This document shows positions 53,001 to 53,292 of a DNA stretch of 53,292 nt, piece after piece. The DNA lies in the IMG/VR virus record IMGVR_UViG_3300037297_000142, positions 1-53,292 of that record; one strand, 5' to 3'. Each line of letters starts with the position of its first letter. The first letter of the stretch is position 1. A program made the position numbers and the translations under genes. Below the pieces are notes generated by a model. It did not search any database. It was not told the origin of the DNA and worked only from the letters and a program-made list of their open reading frames with translations. Origin of the DNA: a virus.

Positions 53001-53292
53001 GCCGTTTAATCTTCCGGCTATTGCATTTGCGACGGCGTTAGGTGGTATACAAGTTGCCTCCGTTAATCAACAGAAACCTAAACCACCGCAATTTTCAACG
53101 GGCGGATTATTTTTAGGTCCAGGGCAACAATATACAGGAAATACAAATGAACCCGGAACTCCCGCGATACTTCATAATCGCGAAATGATTTTAAATGAAG
53201 GTCAAATGAAAAATCTTTTTAATATGATTAATGCCGGTAATTCCGGGGGTGGCGGTAGTCGTATAATACAGGTGACAGCAATAATTGAAATG
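50032..53292 (+). CDS. Tail tape measure protein (N-terminal 1087 codons; about 1114 aa once joined to 1..211)
   Basis: Open frame from ATG 50032 to the window end, so it has no stop and is absent from the track. TP901-type core VKSVTGATEEEFRQMTEAAKEAGETTRFTGRQAADALYYLGSAGF, long coiled coils, hydrophobic and Gly-rich C-terminal part. Confidence 0.9.
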   Translation, partial: MPENAGSIYSSLFLKLDQLDRGILQVQNKLTKLEKTTQAKAGGFASFWRNAFQTAFGFGIVQLIGKVTAAIRNAIGIFSGFQQSMQNVKSVTGATEEEFRQMTEAAKEAGETTRFTGRQAADALYYLGSAGFTAQQSIAALDGVLQLAGATQADLASTSEAVASIISQYSLQAEDASRVSNVFAAAIGNSQATMEKLTNSFRQVGPVAAGLGMSLEQTTGALQILYNAGFRGQAAGRALKSALADLASPTTNMQKIFTKLGVSLNSVNPATNELSDIIDVLGKSGADTADIIDAFGKIAGPQMAVLIKQGGNALRKYTQDVTDTNAATEMYRIQNDSLAGSLDFLKSKLEGVAIAIFEKLSPGMREMIDSFISFLDAAKPAGVLLGQVLNILLKIASFSVKGITNVFKTLNDIFGVSSIEMEKAAQGIDKVTESIQRAGELGNTAKKLNELTDEYEQLKSKTNLTENEQDRLKAVIMAIKNIMPDAITKFDEYGNAIEVSGEKTREAAKQMLIAREAELSKSLSLLKVSETLYKNQIRENETQAKLAKQNRNRLIAESANAEARLAILEKLRIEYNRQIDGLTGSETAADAYNKTIKLLNSDLKKVGLSFKNQVSSVYEANQQFQNINREIQKANKTYTDYAKAISKPTRAELITEEATKKLQEIADLEKQIQEIQGQIKDIEKIDPADDSAPEKLDSLSQKINEFWESFKNDLQDATRESELFGKKQDVLKAKLDFLRSSYLNLLNEGIDPASSTMQKLRQEYDLTLIELNALIENEKRHTEELQNKEKAEQDIQKMTADYYDKIQELGKSENELIEIERNRAITSVYASGASVEAIQKAIEAINLYYDKLKENSEQTKEQVKITFDDMLSYAQQLANALTGLWQAITQARLDELDRQMQAELDAAELSEETERERLERELEEAKKAGDKERAQEIENEMKRLEIKEKYEKEAAMIKYKAALQEWKFSLAAAIVSLAQGINKAVASAPWPFNLPAIAFATALGGIQVASVNQQKPKPPQFSTGGLFLGPGQQYTGNTNEPGTPAILHNREMILNEGQMKNLFNMINAGNSGGGGSRIIQVTAIIEM
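53166..53292. repeat. Terminal direct repeat, copy 2 (identical to 1..127)
   Basis: Exact 127-nt match to the window start. Confidence 0.95.

Noticed and set aside
50032-53292. Absence of any long plus-strand ORF here in the supplied track, which might suggest recoding or an alternative genetic code
   Set aside because: Manual translation gives an uninterrupted standard-code frame. The ORF is missing only because its stop codon lies beyond the window end (at 209-211 after circularisation). All other long genes are also intact in the standard code.

Overview
The window is a complete tailed-phage genome of about 53.2 kb, siphovirus-like and low in GC (roughly 30% overall by eye; early genes are very AT-rich, structural genes nearer 40%). 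It was captured as a circularly closed contig. The first 127 nt are repeated exactly at the end, and the tape-measure gene runs across that junction, which is why it is missing from the ORF track. The plus-strand late arm runs 28.67 kb -> 53.29 kb -> 1 -> 6.65 kb. In order it carries a Cys-rich protein, ThyX, TerS, TerL, a DUF4406-like protein, a DNA MTase, portal and a MuF-like protein. A minus-strand island of 10 small genes follows, then protease-scaffold and capsid. Next is a six-gene island with 2 GT, 2 MT, a TM protein and a sulfotransferase-like gene. After it come connector/neck, tail tube, chaperone, TMP, tail tip, a lipoprotein, the fibre, an M15 endolysin, a holin-like gene and a coiled-coil membrane protein. 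The minus-strand early arm runs 27.5 kb -> 6.68 kb. It carries small peptides, three Cys-rich paralogs, a DNA MTase, an HTH protein and a primase-helicase. It also carries an SF2 helicase, a PD-(D/E)XK nuclease, VRR-NUC, a Spo11/TopoVI-A-like protein and DUF4031. Further on are a membrane protein, an SSAP candidate, a fused SbcD-SbcC and HTH regulators. It ends in a run of small genes that each have a GC-rich structured leader. The 27.2-28.67 kb control region holds divergent sigma70-type promoters, a 16-nt repeat array around an AT-rich stretch, a promoter-plus-terminator-defined small RNA and a tRNA(CAU). I saw no integrase, DNA polymerase, reverse transcriptase, CRISPR array or sign of stop-codon reassignment. 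The most interesting candidates are (1) the glycan-modification island in the head module, (2) the GC-rich leader RNAs together with the C-rich small RNA complementary to their SD regions, and (3) the unusual DNA-processing genes (fused Mre11-Rad50, Spo11-like protein). All functional calls come from motifs read by eye plus gene order; no database search was run.
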